DNA of 64,000 bases from an uncultured Gemmatimonadales bacterium (GTDB lineage: Bacteria; Gemmatimonadota; Gemmatimonadetes; Gemmatimonadales; Gemmatimonadaceae). Below are positions 10,091-19,302 of the stretch, piece after piece (the stretch's first letter is position 1; the number at the start of each line of letters is the position of its first letter). The position numbers were made by a program, and so were the translations under genes. Below the pieces are notes generated by a model. That model searched no databases. It was not told the DNA's origin and saw nothing but the letters and a program-made list of their open reading frames with translations. The stretch is from assembly GCA_963851265.1 (NCBI GenBank), contig CAWKNZ010000009.1, positions 1-64,000 of the forward strand. The letters run 5' to 3'.

Positions 10091-11074
10091 TCACCCCGTG
10101 GCGGTTGCAGCGGTCAGGATCACCAGCTTGCCATGCGCGTGGCCGGCGAGGCTGAGGTCCATGGCCGACCGCCACGCGTCGAACGGAAACGTCCGGGCGA
10201 TCGGGACGGTGAAGGTTCCTGCGGCCGCGCGTGCCGCGAACTCGCCGAGGACGTCGTACCGCAACCCGACGCCCTCGTCGAAGCTGGTACGCACACCGAG
10301 GTCCTTGGCCGCGGCCATGTCCGTGACGGTGAGCACGCGCTTCGGATCACCACCGGCGATGGTGACGAGGTCGGGCAGCACGCCGCCGCCCGGCGGGGAG
10401 GTGTCGAGGACGACGTCGGGGGTGCCGCCGACGAGGTCGCGGACCCGCGCGACCATGCCCTCGCCGTAGGGCGTGACGGTGGCGCCGAATTCCCGCAACG
10501 GGCCGGCGAACGTGCGTCCCGCCGTGGCGATGACCCCGGCGCCGCGCATGCGGGCCATCTGGACGGCCGCGAAGCCCACCATCGTGCCCGCGCCGTGGAC
10601 GAGGAGGGTCTGACCGCTCGTCACGCCGAGCGACTCGAGGCTGCGGAACGCCGTCTCGACCACCATGGGCAGCGAGGCCGCGACGACCGGATCGAGCCCG
10701 GCGGGCAACGGCGTCCAGTAGCCCAGGATCGCGTAATCCGCCAAGCCGGCGCTGGTGCCGTTGGCGTAGTCCGGCACGCCGATGACCCGATCACCGACTG
10801 ACACGTCCGTCACGCCTTCGCCGATCGCGTCGACCGTTCCCGCGATCTCGAGCCCGATCCCGCGCGGCAGCAACCCGGCGAACAAGCCGCGGCACAGCGC
10901 CCAGTCGGCGGGGTTGAGCCCGCACGCGTGCACGGCCGCGCGGACCTGCCCGGGTCCGGGGCTGGGAATGGCGGCCTGGTCGAGTCTCAGCACGTCTGCC
11001 GGCTCGCCATAACTGTGGAAGCGCACCGTGCGCATCGTACGCGCGGTGTCGGACGTGTGGTGGGTGCTGCTCAT
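10091..11074 (-). CDS. NADP-dependent oxidoreductase (MDR/quinone oxidoreductase-like)
   Basis: VRFHSYGEPADVL, GLNPADW, GLEIAGTVDAIG, LLVHGAG..G..AVQMA, GKLVIL. GAGGAG RBS before the ATG. Confidence 0.9.
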   Translation of the reverse strand: MSSTHHTSDTARTMRTVRFHSYGEPADVLRLDQAAIPSPGPGQVRAAVHACGLNPADWALCRGLFAGLLPRGIGLEIAGTVDAIGEGVTDVSVGDRVIGVPDYANGTSAGLADYAILGYWTPLPAGLDPVVAASLPMVVETAFRSLESLGVTSGQTLLVHGAGTMVGFAAVQMARMRGAGVIATAGRTFAGPLREFGATVTPYGEGMVARVRDLVGGTPDVVLDTSPPGGGVLPDLVTIAGGDPKRVLTVTDMAAAKDLGVRTSFDEGVGLRYDVLGEFAARAAAGTFTVPIARTFPFDAWRSAMDLSLAGHAHGKLVILTAATATG

Positions 11075-11163
11075 GGCCGTCTCCTCGTGGTCTCGTGTTG
11101 GTGTGCGACGGCGCGGCCGGGCCCGAAGCCCGTTGTCACACGCCGCGCCGTGCGGTCGCGAAC

Positions 11164-11202
11164 TGTCACTCAGTGACATAGCGGTTGTGTCACTCAGTGA
11201 CA
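11164..11202. promoter_or_regulatory. Tandem palindromic operators (probable TetR sites)
   Basis: TGTCACTCAGTGACA twice, exact, at 11164-11178 and 11188-11202, between divergent tetR and oxidoreductase genes. Confidence 0.8.
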
Positions 11203-11219
11203 AGTGGTAGACATTGAGG

Positions 11220-11781
11220 ATGACCCGAGGATGAAGGAATCCGGCAGCGGCTGCGACAGGCCGCGTTGGAGTTGTACCGCGACCAGGGCTTCGATCAGAC
11301 CACCGCGGCGCAGATCGCCGCCCGGGCCGGCGTCACCGGCCGCACCTTCTTCCGCCACTTCGCCGACAAGCGGGAAGTCGTGTTCGAGGAGGAGGCGCTA
11401 CGCGCGGCGATGCTCGCCGGGCTGGCCGCGGCGCCGCCCACCGCGGCCCCGCTCGACGCGCTGCTCGAGGCGTTCCGCGCGGCGGAGCCCTTGCTCGAGG
11501 AGAACCGGGCGTCGGCCGACCTCCGCCGGGCGATCATCGCCGCCACGCCGGCGCTCCAGGAGCGCGCGCTGGCGAAGGCGGCGGCGTTGACGACCAGCCT
11601 CGCCGCCGCGCTCCGCCACCGCGGGCTCGAGGATCAGTTGGCACACTTAGCCGCGCACATCGGGATGGCCGCCTGCAGCCAGGCGGCCGCCGCGTGGGAC
11701 GCCGACCCGTCGCAGGCGTTCACCGCGCATCTCGATCGGGCCTATGCCGATCTGCAGCGCTTGACGAGCGTCGGCGCATAG
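11220..11781 (+). CDS. TetR-family regulator (possible 1-bp frameshift just after ATG 11220; alternative TTG start 11266)
   Basis: RQRLRQAALELYRDQGFDQTTAAQIAARAGVTGRTFFRHFADKREVV is a TetR HTH. In-frame TGA at 11221 puts ATG 11220 out of frame. Confidence 0.85.
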
Positions 11782-11977
11782 TGCCGCCTCGCAGACCCCG
11801 CGGAAGGGATGGCCGCACGCGTGATCTGTTCGCCCGGACGCTGCCTGTCTCTTATCCGCCGGGTGCAGGTATCCCGACGCTGCAGGCGTCGCGCACGTCG
11901 ATCGTAGCGCGCACCGCGTCCGAGACCGGGGCGGCGTCGAGCGCGCGGTCACGCTGCTCGCGTCGCCGCACGCGGGG

Positions 11978-12082
11978 GTGGCCGCGGTCGCCGCGGCGAG
12001 CGGGTTCGCGCACGCCGGCCACCTCGTGCGGCAGATGCGCCGGCTGACCGGCCTGTCCCCGGAGCGGTTCCGGCGCGGGGCG
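11978..12082 (+). pseudogene. C-terminal HTH remnant of an AraC-family regulator
   Basis: VAAASGFAHAGHLVRQMRRLTGLSPERFRR, with no upstream domain. Confidence 0.65.
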
Positions 12083-12143
12083 TTGCCGCCCGGCGACCCG
12101 ATCGACGCGGGAGCGGCTCGCGGCCCGCTCGCCCCGCCTGCGT

Positions 12144-13061
12144 TCAGGCCGCTTCGGCGCCGACCGCCCGCACCGTGCCGGCGTCCCGTCGCGGCGGCGC
12201 GCCGAACATCCGCGCGTACTCGCGGCTGAACTGCGACGCGCTCGCGTAGCCCACCCGGTACGCGGCCGACTCGGCGCCGAACGCGTCGGCGACCATGAGG
12301 CGCCGCGCCTCGAGCAGCCGGAGCTGTTTCTGGTACTGCACCGGCGTCAGCGCGGTCACGGCCCGGAACTGCCGGTGGAAGGCGGACGGGCTGAGCCCGG
12401 CGACGCCCGCCAGCTCCGCGACGCGGACGGGCTCGGCGAACCGGTCACGGAGCACGTGCACCGCCCGGAGGACGCCGACGGCGTGCGTCGTCGCGAGCGC
12501 CATCCGGGCGACCGCGCTCCCGTGCGGGCCGGTCAGCAGCCAGTAGCAGAGCTCGCGCAGGACGAGTGGCCTGAGCGTCGCGATCGCCGCGGGCGTGTCG
12601 AGCAGGCGCACGAGCCGCAGCACGGCGTCGCCGAGCGGCGCGTCGACGCGGACGACGACGACGCCGGCCCGCGCGTCGTCGCGCACGGCCTCGGCGTTCG
12701 CGCCGGCCGCGGACGGGAGCCCTTCGAGGACCTCGCGCAGCGTGGCGAGGTCGAACTCGACGAGGACGCCCAGGTACGGCGCGCCCGGACTGGCCTCGGC
12801 CACCCACCCGGCGCCCGGCACCGCGACCGTCGCCATCAGCGCCTGCCCCGCCCGGTAGTCGAGCGGCCGGTCCCCGACGATCGCCGTCTTCGCGCCCTGG
12901 GCCACGACGCAGAGCGTGGGCGTGAACACCCGGTAGGCGGGCCGCCGCGCGTGATCCGCGCGGTGCAGGGTCAGCCCCGCGACGGCCGTGGCGAACGCGC
13001 CGGCCCCGCCCCGGGCGTCCGTGTAGCGCCGGACGGCGTCGGCCAACGCACGGACGGACAT
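12144..13061 (-). CDS. AraC-family regulator (AraC_N/YqhC-like)
   Basis: LCVVAQGAK, RELCYWLLTGPHG, AGLSPSAFHRQFRAVT.LTPVQYQKQLRL, VGYASASQFSREY. AGGAGG RBS. Confidence 0.92.
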   Translation of the reverse strand: MSVRALADAVRRYTDARGGAGAFATAVAGLTLHRADHARRPAYRVFTPTLCVVAQGAKTAIVGDRPLDYRAGQALMATVAVPGAGWVAEASPGAPYLGVLVEFDLATLREVLEGLPSAAGANAEAVRDDARAGVVVVRVDAPLGDAVLRLVRLLDTPAAIATLRPLVLRELCYWLLTGPHGSAVARMALATTHAVGVLRAVHVLRDRFAEPVRVAELAGVAGLSPSAFHRQFRAVTALTPVQYQKQLRLLEARRLMVADAFGAESAAYRVGYASASQFSREYARMFGAPPRRDAGTVRAVGAEAA

Positions 13062-13226
13062 GATCGAACCTCCTGTTCCCGAGACGAACACGTGCGCCAC
13101 CAGCCGCGCCGTGTGGTCGTACCCCGCGGAGGAGGAATGGGCAAGACACGGGCACGTTCCGGTATTCCGCGGCTCCGGATCGGCGGGGTACGTTCCGCAC
13201 AGGTCCCAACCTCCACGGAGCACCGC

Positions 13227-14006
13227 ATGCCTAACGAACGCCCACACACCACCCCCGCGAAGATCGCGATCGTCACCGGCGGGAGCCGGGGGCTCGGCCG
13301 TAACACCGTGCTGAGCCTCGCGCGACGCGGGGTCGACACCATCTTCACCTACCACTCCAATCGGGCAGAGGCCGATACGGTGGCCGGCCTGGTGGCGGCG
13401 GCTGGACGACGGGCAGTCGCCCTGCCGCTCGACGCCGGCGACGTCGGCGCGTTCGACGCCTTCGTGGCGCGCGTCCGCGAGGCGCTCGGCGCGCTCGGGG
13501 CCGAGCGGTTCGACTACCTCGTCAACAACGCCGGCACCTCGCACGGGAAGAGTTTCGCGCAGACCACGGAAGCGGAGCTGGACGCCCTGTACGACATCCA
13601 CCTCAAGGGCGTGTTCTTTCTGACCCAGAAGCTGCTGCCGCTCATCAACGACGGCGGGCGGATCGTGAACGTGTCGACCGGGCTCACGCGCATCGTGATG
13701 CCGAACCGCGCCGCCTACGGCGCGATCAAGGGCGCGGTCGAGGTGCTGACCCGGTACCTGGCCAAGGAGTTGGGGCCGCGCGGGATCGCGGTCAACGTCG
13801 TCGCGCCGGGCGCCATCGCCACGGACTTCAGCGGCGGCGTGGTCCGCGACAACCCCGAGGTGAACCGGGCGGTGGCCGGCATGACCGCGCTGGGGCGTGC
13901 GGGCCTGCCCGACGACATCGGCCCGATGATCGCGTCGCTACTCTCGGAGGACAACCGCTGGATCAACGCGCAGCGCATCGAAGTCTCCGGCGGGATGTCG
14001 ATCTAG
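13227..14006 (+). CDS. Short-chain dehydrogenase/reductase
   Basis: TGGSRGLG, LVNNAG, YGAIK, VAPGAIATDF. Divergent from the AraC gene. Confidence 0.93.
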   Translation: MPNERPHTTPAKIAIVTGGSRGLGRNTVLSLARRGVDTIFTYHSNRAEADTVAGLVAAAGRRAVALPLDAGDVGAFDAFVARVREALGALGAERFDYLVNNAGTSHGKSFAQTTEAELDALYDIHLKGVFFLTQKLLPLINDGGRIVNVSTGLTRIVMPNRAAYGAIKGAVEVLTRYLAKELGPRGIAVNVVAPGAIATDFSGGVVRDNPEVNRAVAGMTALGRAGLPDDIGPMIASLLSEDNRWINAQRIEVSGGMSI

Positions 14007-14359
14007 CCACGCGACGGTGCCGCGGCGGGACGTGGACGGGCACGGCCGCGTCACCGGTCCGCGGACGCGTCGGGTCGCAGCGTCGGCATCCGCGCGTATC
14101 GCGCCGGCGGCACTCCACGACGGACGCCGACGCGGCCTAACTCTCGTTCCGCGCGTCTGGGCGACAGGTCCAACGTCACCCCTCGCTCGTCGATGCGCAG
14201 TAGGCCGCATGAGCGTGGCCCGAAGCGGCAGATGTTCAGGAGATGGCTGAGTCGCTGTATCGCTCCAAATCGACGGCCGCCCGACGCGAGAGAGGTCCGG
14301 TTCTGCGGCGGCTTGTGAGATACCGTCTCGTTCGGGCGGGAGATGACGTTAGACGGCGG

Positions 14360-14480
14360 GCGCCGCTGCACATCGCGGTCAGGAGCTCGCGCGTCGCCGC
14401 CGTGAGCGCGAGGAGCTTGGCCTTGCCACGCTCGACCAGCCAGTCGTAGGAGGCCTGCAGCTGCGGGTTGCGGCGCACGC
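14360..14480 (-). pseudogene. IS110-family transposase C-terminal remnant
   Basis: VRRNPQLQASYDWLVERGKAKLLALTAATRELL resembles the IS110 C-terminal NP..Y.RL...GK....AL.A..RKLL pattern. Confidence 0.65.
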
Positions 14481-14576
14481 CGACGCGGGCCAGCCGCGAG
14501 CGCGTCTGGTCGACGGCGCGCCGCCCGTGGTCGAATCACTCGGGGAGCAACTCGCCACCGGGCCGGCGCTCGCCCC

Positions 14577-15359
14577 CTACACCGCCGTGAATGGCTCGCC
14601 CGCCGGGATGAAGTCGACCGGAACCTCGGTCACGAAGGCGCGCAGCCACTCGGCCACCTCACGCATCCCGTAGTCCTCGGAGAGCAGGTGCCCGAGGACC
14701 ACGAATCCCTTCGGCCGCCCCACCGCCGCGGCATCGAGCGCGTACTCGGCGTTGCCACCTGCCTCCGGCTGTTCACCGCCGATCGAGACGTCGAGATCCG
14801 CGCCGAGCGGCGGCGCGGACCAGCCGAGGCCGAGCCCGATGCGCGTGACGGGCGTGGCGGGGTCGCCGACGACGCGTATCGCGCGGCCGCCGAGCCGGCG
14901 CGCGAAGTCGCCCGCCAGCGCGCGCAACGTGGTCGGGGGCACGACGAACAGGTGCGGGTCCGTCGGCGAAGCGTAGGGCGTGAGGCCGAGCGCGCGCGCC
15001 GAGCCGACGAACAGAGGGTCCGGGCGCAGCGCGTGCGCGTGGTCGTGGAAGCGCCAGATCACGAGGCCGTGCTCCGCGACGAGTCGCTGCTTGGCCGCGT
15101 ACACCGGGTCGCCGGCGAGGAACGCCGTCTCGTCGAGGTGGTTGTAGAACGTCGGCTCGTGGGTGATGACGAAGTTCCGCCCGGCCGCGGCGGCCCGCCG
15201 CAGCACGTCGAGCGTCGCCATCCCCGTCGTGGCCACGCCGCGCACCGGCGTGTCGGGGTTCCCGGCCTTGAACGTGTCGACCGTCTCCGCGCGCCACGCG
15301 ATCCCCTGGTCGGCGAGCCGGCCGCGAATGCGCTCGACGATCTCGCGCGCCGTCGTCAC
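14577..15359 (-). CDS. Nif3/YbgI-like dinuclear metal-centre protein, no signal peptide
   Basis: TVDTFKAG.PDT.V.GVATT, ITHEPTFY, WRFHDH, LGHLLSEDYGM. Confidence 0.85.
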   Translation of the reverse strand: MTTAREIVERIRGRLADQGIAWRAETVDTFKAGNPDTPVRGVATTGMATLDVLRRAAAAGRNFVITHEPTFYNHLDETAFLAGDPVYAAKQRLVAEHGLVIWRFHDHAHALRPDPLFVGSARALGLTPYASPTDPHLFVVPPTTLRALAGDFARRLGGRAIRVVGDPATPVTRIGLGLGWSAPPLGADLDVSIGGEQPEAGGNAEYALDAAAVGRPKGFVVLGHLLSEDYGMREVAEWLRAFVTEVPVDFIPAGEPFTAV

Positions 15360-15365
15360 GGCGCC

Positions 15366-15398
15366 CTCATGCCGCGCTCATGCCGCGCTCATGCCGCG
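15366..15398. repeat. Three exact 11-bp tandem repeats (CTCATGCCGCG)
   Basis: Copies at 15366, 15377 and 15388, spanning the junction of the two Nif3-like genes. Confidence 0.95.
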
Positions 15399-16312
15399 GG
15401 ACTCCAGTACGGGTCCGCGACCGCGAGCGGCCGGACCGCCACCTCGGGGAACAGCGTGCGCAGCCACTCGGCGCATGCGCGCATCCCCGGCTCCTCCGAG
15501 ATCACGCGCCCGACGGCGACCATGCCCGCGAGGCGACCAGCCGTCACCGCGTCGTGCGCGTACTCGACGGCCTCCCATTCGCGCGGCTCGCCGGCGAGGA
15601 TCAGGTCCACGCCTGCGAGGCGCCGTACAGTGTCGGGCCACTCGACCGTGCCGGGGCTCACGAGCACGCGACGGACCCGCGCGCGCGCGTCCCCGATCAC
15701 GCGGAGGCCCCCGCGCACGCCGAGCCGCGTGCGGGCGAGCGCGACGACGTCGCCGACCGTGGTCGCGGGGACCACGTACGTCCGGTCGTCGCCGCCCCGC
15801 TCGGTCCACCCCATGGCGGCCGCCAGGGCGCGCGCAGTCGCGTCCGGCGGCCGCGCGCGCCAGTGGTCTGCGATGCGGAAGACGACGAGGCGCCGCTCGT
15901 CGACGAGCGCCCGCTTCGCCAGGTACACCGGGTCACCCGCCCGGGCACCCGGCGCGTCGTCCGCCGCGTAGAACGTCGGCTCAGGCGTGACGACGAAATT
16001 GTGCCCGTCGTCGGCGGCCCGGCGCAGGACGTCGATCGTCGCCATCGCCGCCGTCGCGATCCCGCTCACGACGCTGTCCGGGTCACCCGCCTTGAATCCG
16101 TCGACCGTGGAGCCCTGCCACGGCACGCCGACGCCGGCGCGGATCCGATCCGCGACCTCGCGCGCCGTGAGCGTCCGCCGGGGGGCCGCCCGGCGCACGG
16201 CGGCGGCCGCCACCGCCGGCGCGCCCGTCAGCAGCGCCGCCGCGCGCAGGAACGCGCGACGCGACGGGTCGTGCGCGCGGGGCGAAATATCGTCCCAGTT
16301 GTCGGCCCTCAT
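15389..16312 (-). CDS. Nif3-like paralogue with Tat signal; metal-ligand histidines appear lost
   Basis: SRRAFLR signal, TVDGFKAG.PD, VTPEPTFY, FRIADHW, VGRVISEEPGM. ATG overlaps the GH5 stop (ATGA). Confidence 0.8.
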   Translation of the reverse strand: MRADNWDDISPRAHDPSRRAFLRAAALLTGAPAVAAAAVRRAAPRRTLTAREVADRIRAGVGVPWQGSTVDGFKAGDPDSVVSGIATAAMATIDVLRRAADDGHNFVVTPEPTFYAADDAPGARAGDPVYLAKRALVDERRLVVFRIADHWRARPPDATARALAAAMGWTERGGDDRTYVVPATTVGDVVALARTRLGVRGGLRVIGDARARVRRVLVSPGTVEWPDTVRRLAGVDLILAGEPREWEAVEYAHDAVTAGRLAGMVAVGRVISEEPGMRACAEWLRTLFPEVAVRPLAVADPYWSPAA

Positions 16313-18099
16313 CGGCCCGCGTCCGGCGCGAACTCGAGCGCGCGGAGACTCGTCCCCGACCGCTCGGACCGCAGGACGAGCGTGTTGCGGCCCGGGAGCA
16401 GCGTGACGGTCGCGCCGGCCCGGCCGGCGGACGCGTTCGGCACCGCGACGCCGTTCAGGACGACCGCGACGCCGGCCGGGGCACCCGCCGCGTCGCGGAC
16501 GCCGAGCCGGTACGCGCCGCCGGACGAGGTGACGGTGTAGCGGAGCCACTCGCCGGCGCCTAACGACCGCACGTACGCCGCCCCGCCGGCGTCGCGCACG
16601 AGATCGACGGCATCGTTGCGGTACGCTCCGCCGGGGTTGTAGCGCACGCCCGGCCCGCCGTCGCTCACGTGGTAGTCGGCGGGCGTGCGGCTGAAGTAGG
16701 CGACGCCGTTTCGCCCCATGTCGAAATCCGCGGCGGGCACTCGGCCGCCGGCCGGGCCGATCGCGTGCTCGCCGTAGGGCGCGCCCGACGGGTCACCGGG
16801 TGCCTGCCGGAGCGCGTAGGCCACGTCCGGGTGCCGCTCGTTGTGCTCGAGCCGCACGTCGTACGTCGCCAGCCGCGTCAGCGCGGCGCGCGCGTCGTCC
16901 GCCGACGGCTTCGGTCCCTTGCCGAGCCAGTACTCGGTCACGCGCCGGACGCCCGGGTTGGGCCGGATCTGGAGCGGGCTGCTGAAGCCGAACTTCTTGA
17001 GCGTCCACCACGCCCAGCCGATCCCGTCGGCTTCGACGGTCCCGACCATCGCGGCGAACCAGTCGTTCGAGTTCTCGCCGGACTCGCCCAGCCAGACGGG
17101 AAGACCGTACCGCGTGCGCAGGGACAGCACGTCCCGGATCGCTCCCTGCCCCGGCCGGACCCAGTATCGGTGGAAGCTGAGCGCCATGTTGGCGTCCCAG
17201 TCGGGGACGACGCCCGTGTAGTTGTTGCCCCAGCAGTTGCCCTCGATGATGAGCAGGTGGTTGGGGTCCACCTGCCGGATCGCCGCGGTGGTACGCTTGT
17301 ACAGCGAGACGAGCGGCGCTTGGGTTTTGACGCTGCACCCGTGCTCGTTGCCGGAACGGTCGAGGTCCCAGTTCGGCTCGTTCAGGAGGTCGTAGCCCGC
17401 GACGTTGGGCTCGTCCCGGTAGCGCCGGGCGATTTCGGCCCAGAGCGCGACCATCTTGTCCTGGTCCGCCGCGCTCTCCCACAAGCTCGGCGTCGCCGGG
17501 TCGCGGTCCGCGATCGGCAGGTCGTTCCCCTGCCCGCCCGGCGCGGCGTGGAGGTCGAGGATCAGGTACAGGTTGTTGGCCTTGCACCACGCGAGCAGCG
17601 CGTCGATACGCCGGAAGCCCGCCTCCTTCCAGCTGTTCCGCCCCGCGACCGGCTCGTCCGCCACCGACGGCGTCAGCAGCTCGTAGTGCATCGGGAGGCG
17701 CACCGAGTTGAACCCCCACGCCGCGAGCGCGTCGATGTCCGCCTTGGTGACGAAGTTGTCGAGCCAGGCCGTGTAGAACTGCTCCGTGGCCTGAGCCCCG
17801 ATGAGCTCGGCCATCTTCCGGCGCATCACGTGCTGCGGCAGCCCGCCGGCGTTCAGCATGTAGCCCTCCTGCAGCATCCAGCCGCCTAGGCCCATCCCGC
17901 GCAGGATGACGGGCCGGCCGGCGCCGTCCACGATCTGCCCGTCGTGCGCGTGCAGGAACTCGCCGGGCGCGGCCGGTCCGCTTCGCGCGACCTGCGGCGG
18001 TGCACCCTGACCCGCGGCCGTCGCCGCGGCCGTCGTGGCTCCCGCGACCGCCGCCAGGAACGCGGTCTTCCACGCGCGCGCTTTCTGTCCTCGGTGCAT
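16309..18099 (-). CDS. Secreted GH5 glycoside hydrolase with a C-terminal CBM6-like module
   Basis: Signal peptide, LRGMGLGGW, GFNSVRLPMH, ILDLHAAPGGQ, YDLLNEP (acid/base), WLGESGEN (nucleophile), FDMG.NGVAY, GEWLRYTV. Confidence 0.9.
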   Translation of the reverse strand: MHRGQKARAWKTAFLAAVAGATTAAATAAGQGAPPQVARSGPAAPGEFLHAHDGQIVDGAGRPVILRGMGLGGWMLQEGYMLNAGGLPQHVMRRKMAELIGAQATEQFYTAWLDNFVTKADIDALAAWGFNSVRLPMHYELLTPSVADEPVAGRNSWKEAGFRRIDALLAWCKANNLYLILDLHAAPGGQGNDLPIADRDPATPSLWESAADQDKMVALWAEIARRYRDEPNVAGYDLLNEPNWDLDRSGNEHGCSVKTQAPLVSLYKRTTAAIRQVDPNHLLIIEGNCWGNNYTGVVPDWDANMALSFHRYWVRPGQGAIRDVLSLRTRYGLPVWLGESGENSNDWFAAMVGTVEADGIGWAWWTLKKFGFSSPLQIRPNPGVRRVTEYWLGKGPKPSADDARAALTRLATYDVRLEHNERHPDVAYALRQAPGDPSGAPYGEHAIGPAGGRVPAADFDMGRNGVAYFSRTPADYHVSDGGPGVRYNPGGAYRNDAVDLVRDAGGAAYVRSLGAGEWLRYTVTSSGGAYRLGVRDAAGAPAGVAVVLNGVAVPNASAGRAGATVTLLPGRNTLVLRSERSGTSLRALEFAPDAGR

Positions 18100-18396
18100 T
18101 TCGTCGCAAAGGTTGGGGACGGCCACCCCTGAAAGTGCGACGGGGCAGGACCGGGTCAACTCCGAAGCTCCGGCGTCAGCGAGCGGCCAGTCCGCTCACG
18201 GCATCGCGCGCCATTGCTGCAGGTGCCGACCACCTGCTCCTGTGCCCCGCGGGCACGCTGGCCGCGCACCGCACACATCCGCGACGCCGAGGGCGCGGCA
18301 CCAAACCCCGGACAACGCGCGGCGGGGACGCGGCGTGTGCGATGTGGGGCCCGCGCCGGCCCCACGTCGTCTCCACGTCGCCCCGGACGCCCCCCA

Positions 18397-19302
18397 ATGT
18401 CGCGCGAACACGCTTCCCGCCCGCCCCTCACCGCGCTCACCCGCCGCGAACTCCTGGCCCTCGCCGCGCGCGGTGCGGCCGGGGTCGTCGTGTCACAGGC
18501 GCCGCTCGCCCGCGCCCTCGGGGCCATGCCCGCCGTGACTGGATCTCCGACCACGCCGGCGTGCGTGCTCACGGCCGCGCTCGAACAGGGCCCGTTCTTC
18601 GTCGACGAGCACCTCCGGCGCTCTGACATACGCTCCGACCCGGCGAGCGGCCGCGTGGTCGCGGGCGTTCCCCTCGCGCTCACCTTCCGCGTCTCGCGCG
18701 TCGACGGGCGCTCCTGCGCCCCGCTCGCGGGTGCGTACCTCGACGTCTGGCATGCCGACTCGGCCGGCGTCTACTCCGACGTCGCGGCCGGCGGCCCGCC
18801 GGGACCGCCGAACGGCTCGCGCCGCGATGACGCGCGCCGCGGCCGACCCCCCGGCCCGCCGCCGGCCGGTTTCGGCCCGCCGCCCGGCCCGCTTGGGGGC
18901 GGCCCCGAGCGCCGCGACCAGACGCGCGCCCCGGGCACCGGCCCCAAGTTCCTCCGTGGATACCAGATCACCGACGCGGCCGGGACCGCGCACTTCACCA
19001 CCGTATACCCCGGGTGGTACGACGGGCGCACGGTGCACGTGCATTTCAAGCTCCGACTCTACGCGGGCGAGCGGCGGTCCTACGAGTTCACGAGCCAGTT
19101 CTTTTTCGACGACGCGCTCACCGACCGTGTGCACGCGGCAGCCCCCTACAACACCCGCGGCACGCGCGACGTCCGCAACCCCGACGACGGCATCTACACC
19201 AGCCTCGGCCCGGCCGAGCGCCCGGCGCTGACGCTTCGCCCCACCGGCGAAGCGGCGCGCGGCTACGCGGGCGTGATCGACCTCGGCGTGCGCGTCGGCT
19301 GA
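18397..19302 (+). CDS. Tat-exported intradiol ring-cleavage dioxygenase-like protein
   Basis: TRRELL signal, EQGPFF..RRSDIR, GVPL.L, DVWHADSAGVYS, FLRGYQ.TD..G.AHFTTVYPGWY.GRTVHVHFK. Confidence 0.88.
   Translation: MSREHASRPPLTALTRRELLALAARGAAGVVVSQAPLARALGAMPAVTGSPTTPACVLTAALEQGPFFVDEHLRRSDIRSDPASGRVVAGVPLALTFRVSRVDGRSCAPLAGAYLDVWHADSAGVYSDVAAGGPPGPPNGSRRDDARRGRPPGPPPAGFGPPPGPLGGGPERRDQTRAPGTGPKFLRGYQITDAAGTAHFTTVYPGWYDGRTVHVHFKLRLYAGERRSYEFTSQFFFDDALTDRVHAAAPYNTRGTRDVRNPDDGIYTSLGPAERPALTLRPTGEAARGYAGVIDLGVRVG

Noticed and set aside
14010..14570. Intact IS110 element with bridge RNA
   Set aside because: Only about 40 codons of the C-terminus remain; no DEDD domain or definable ends.
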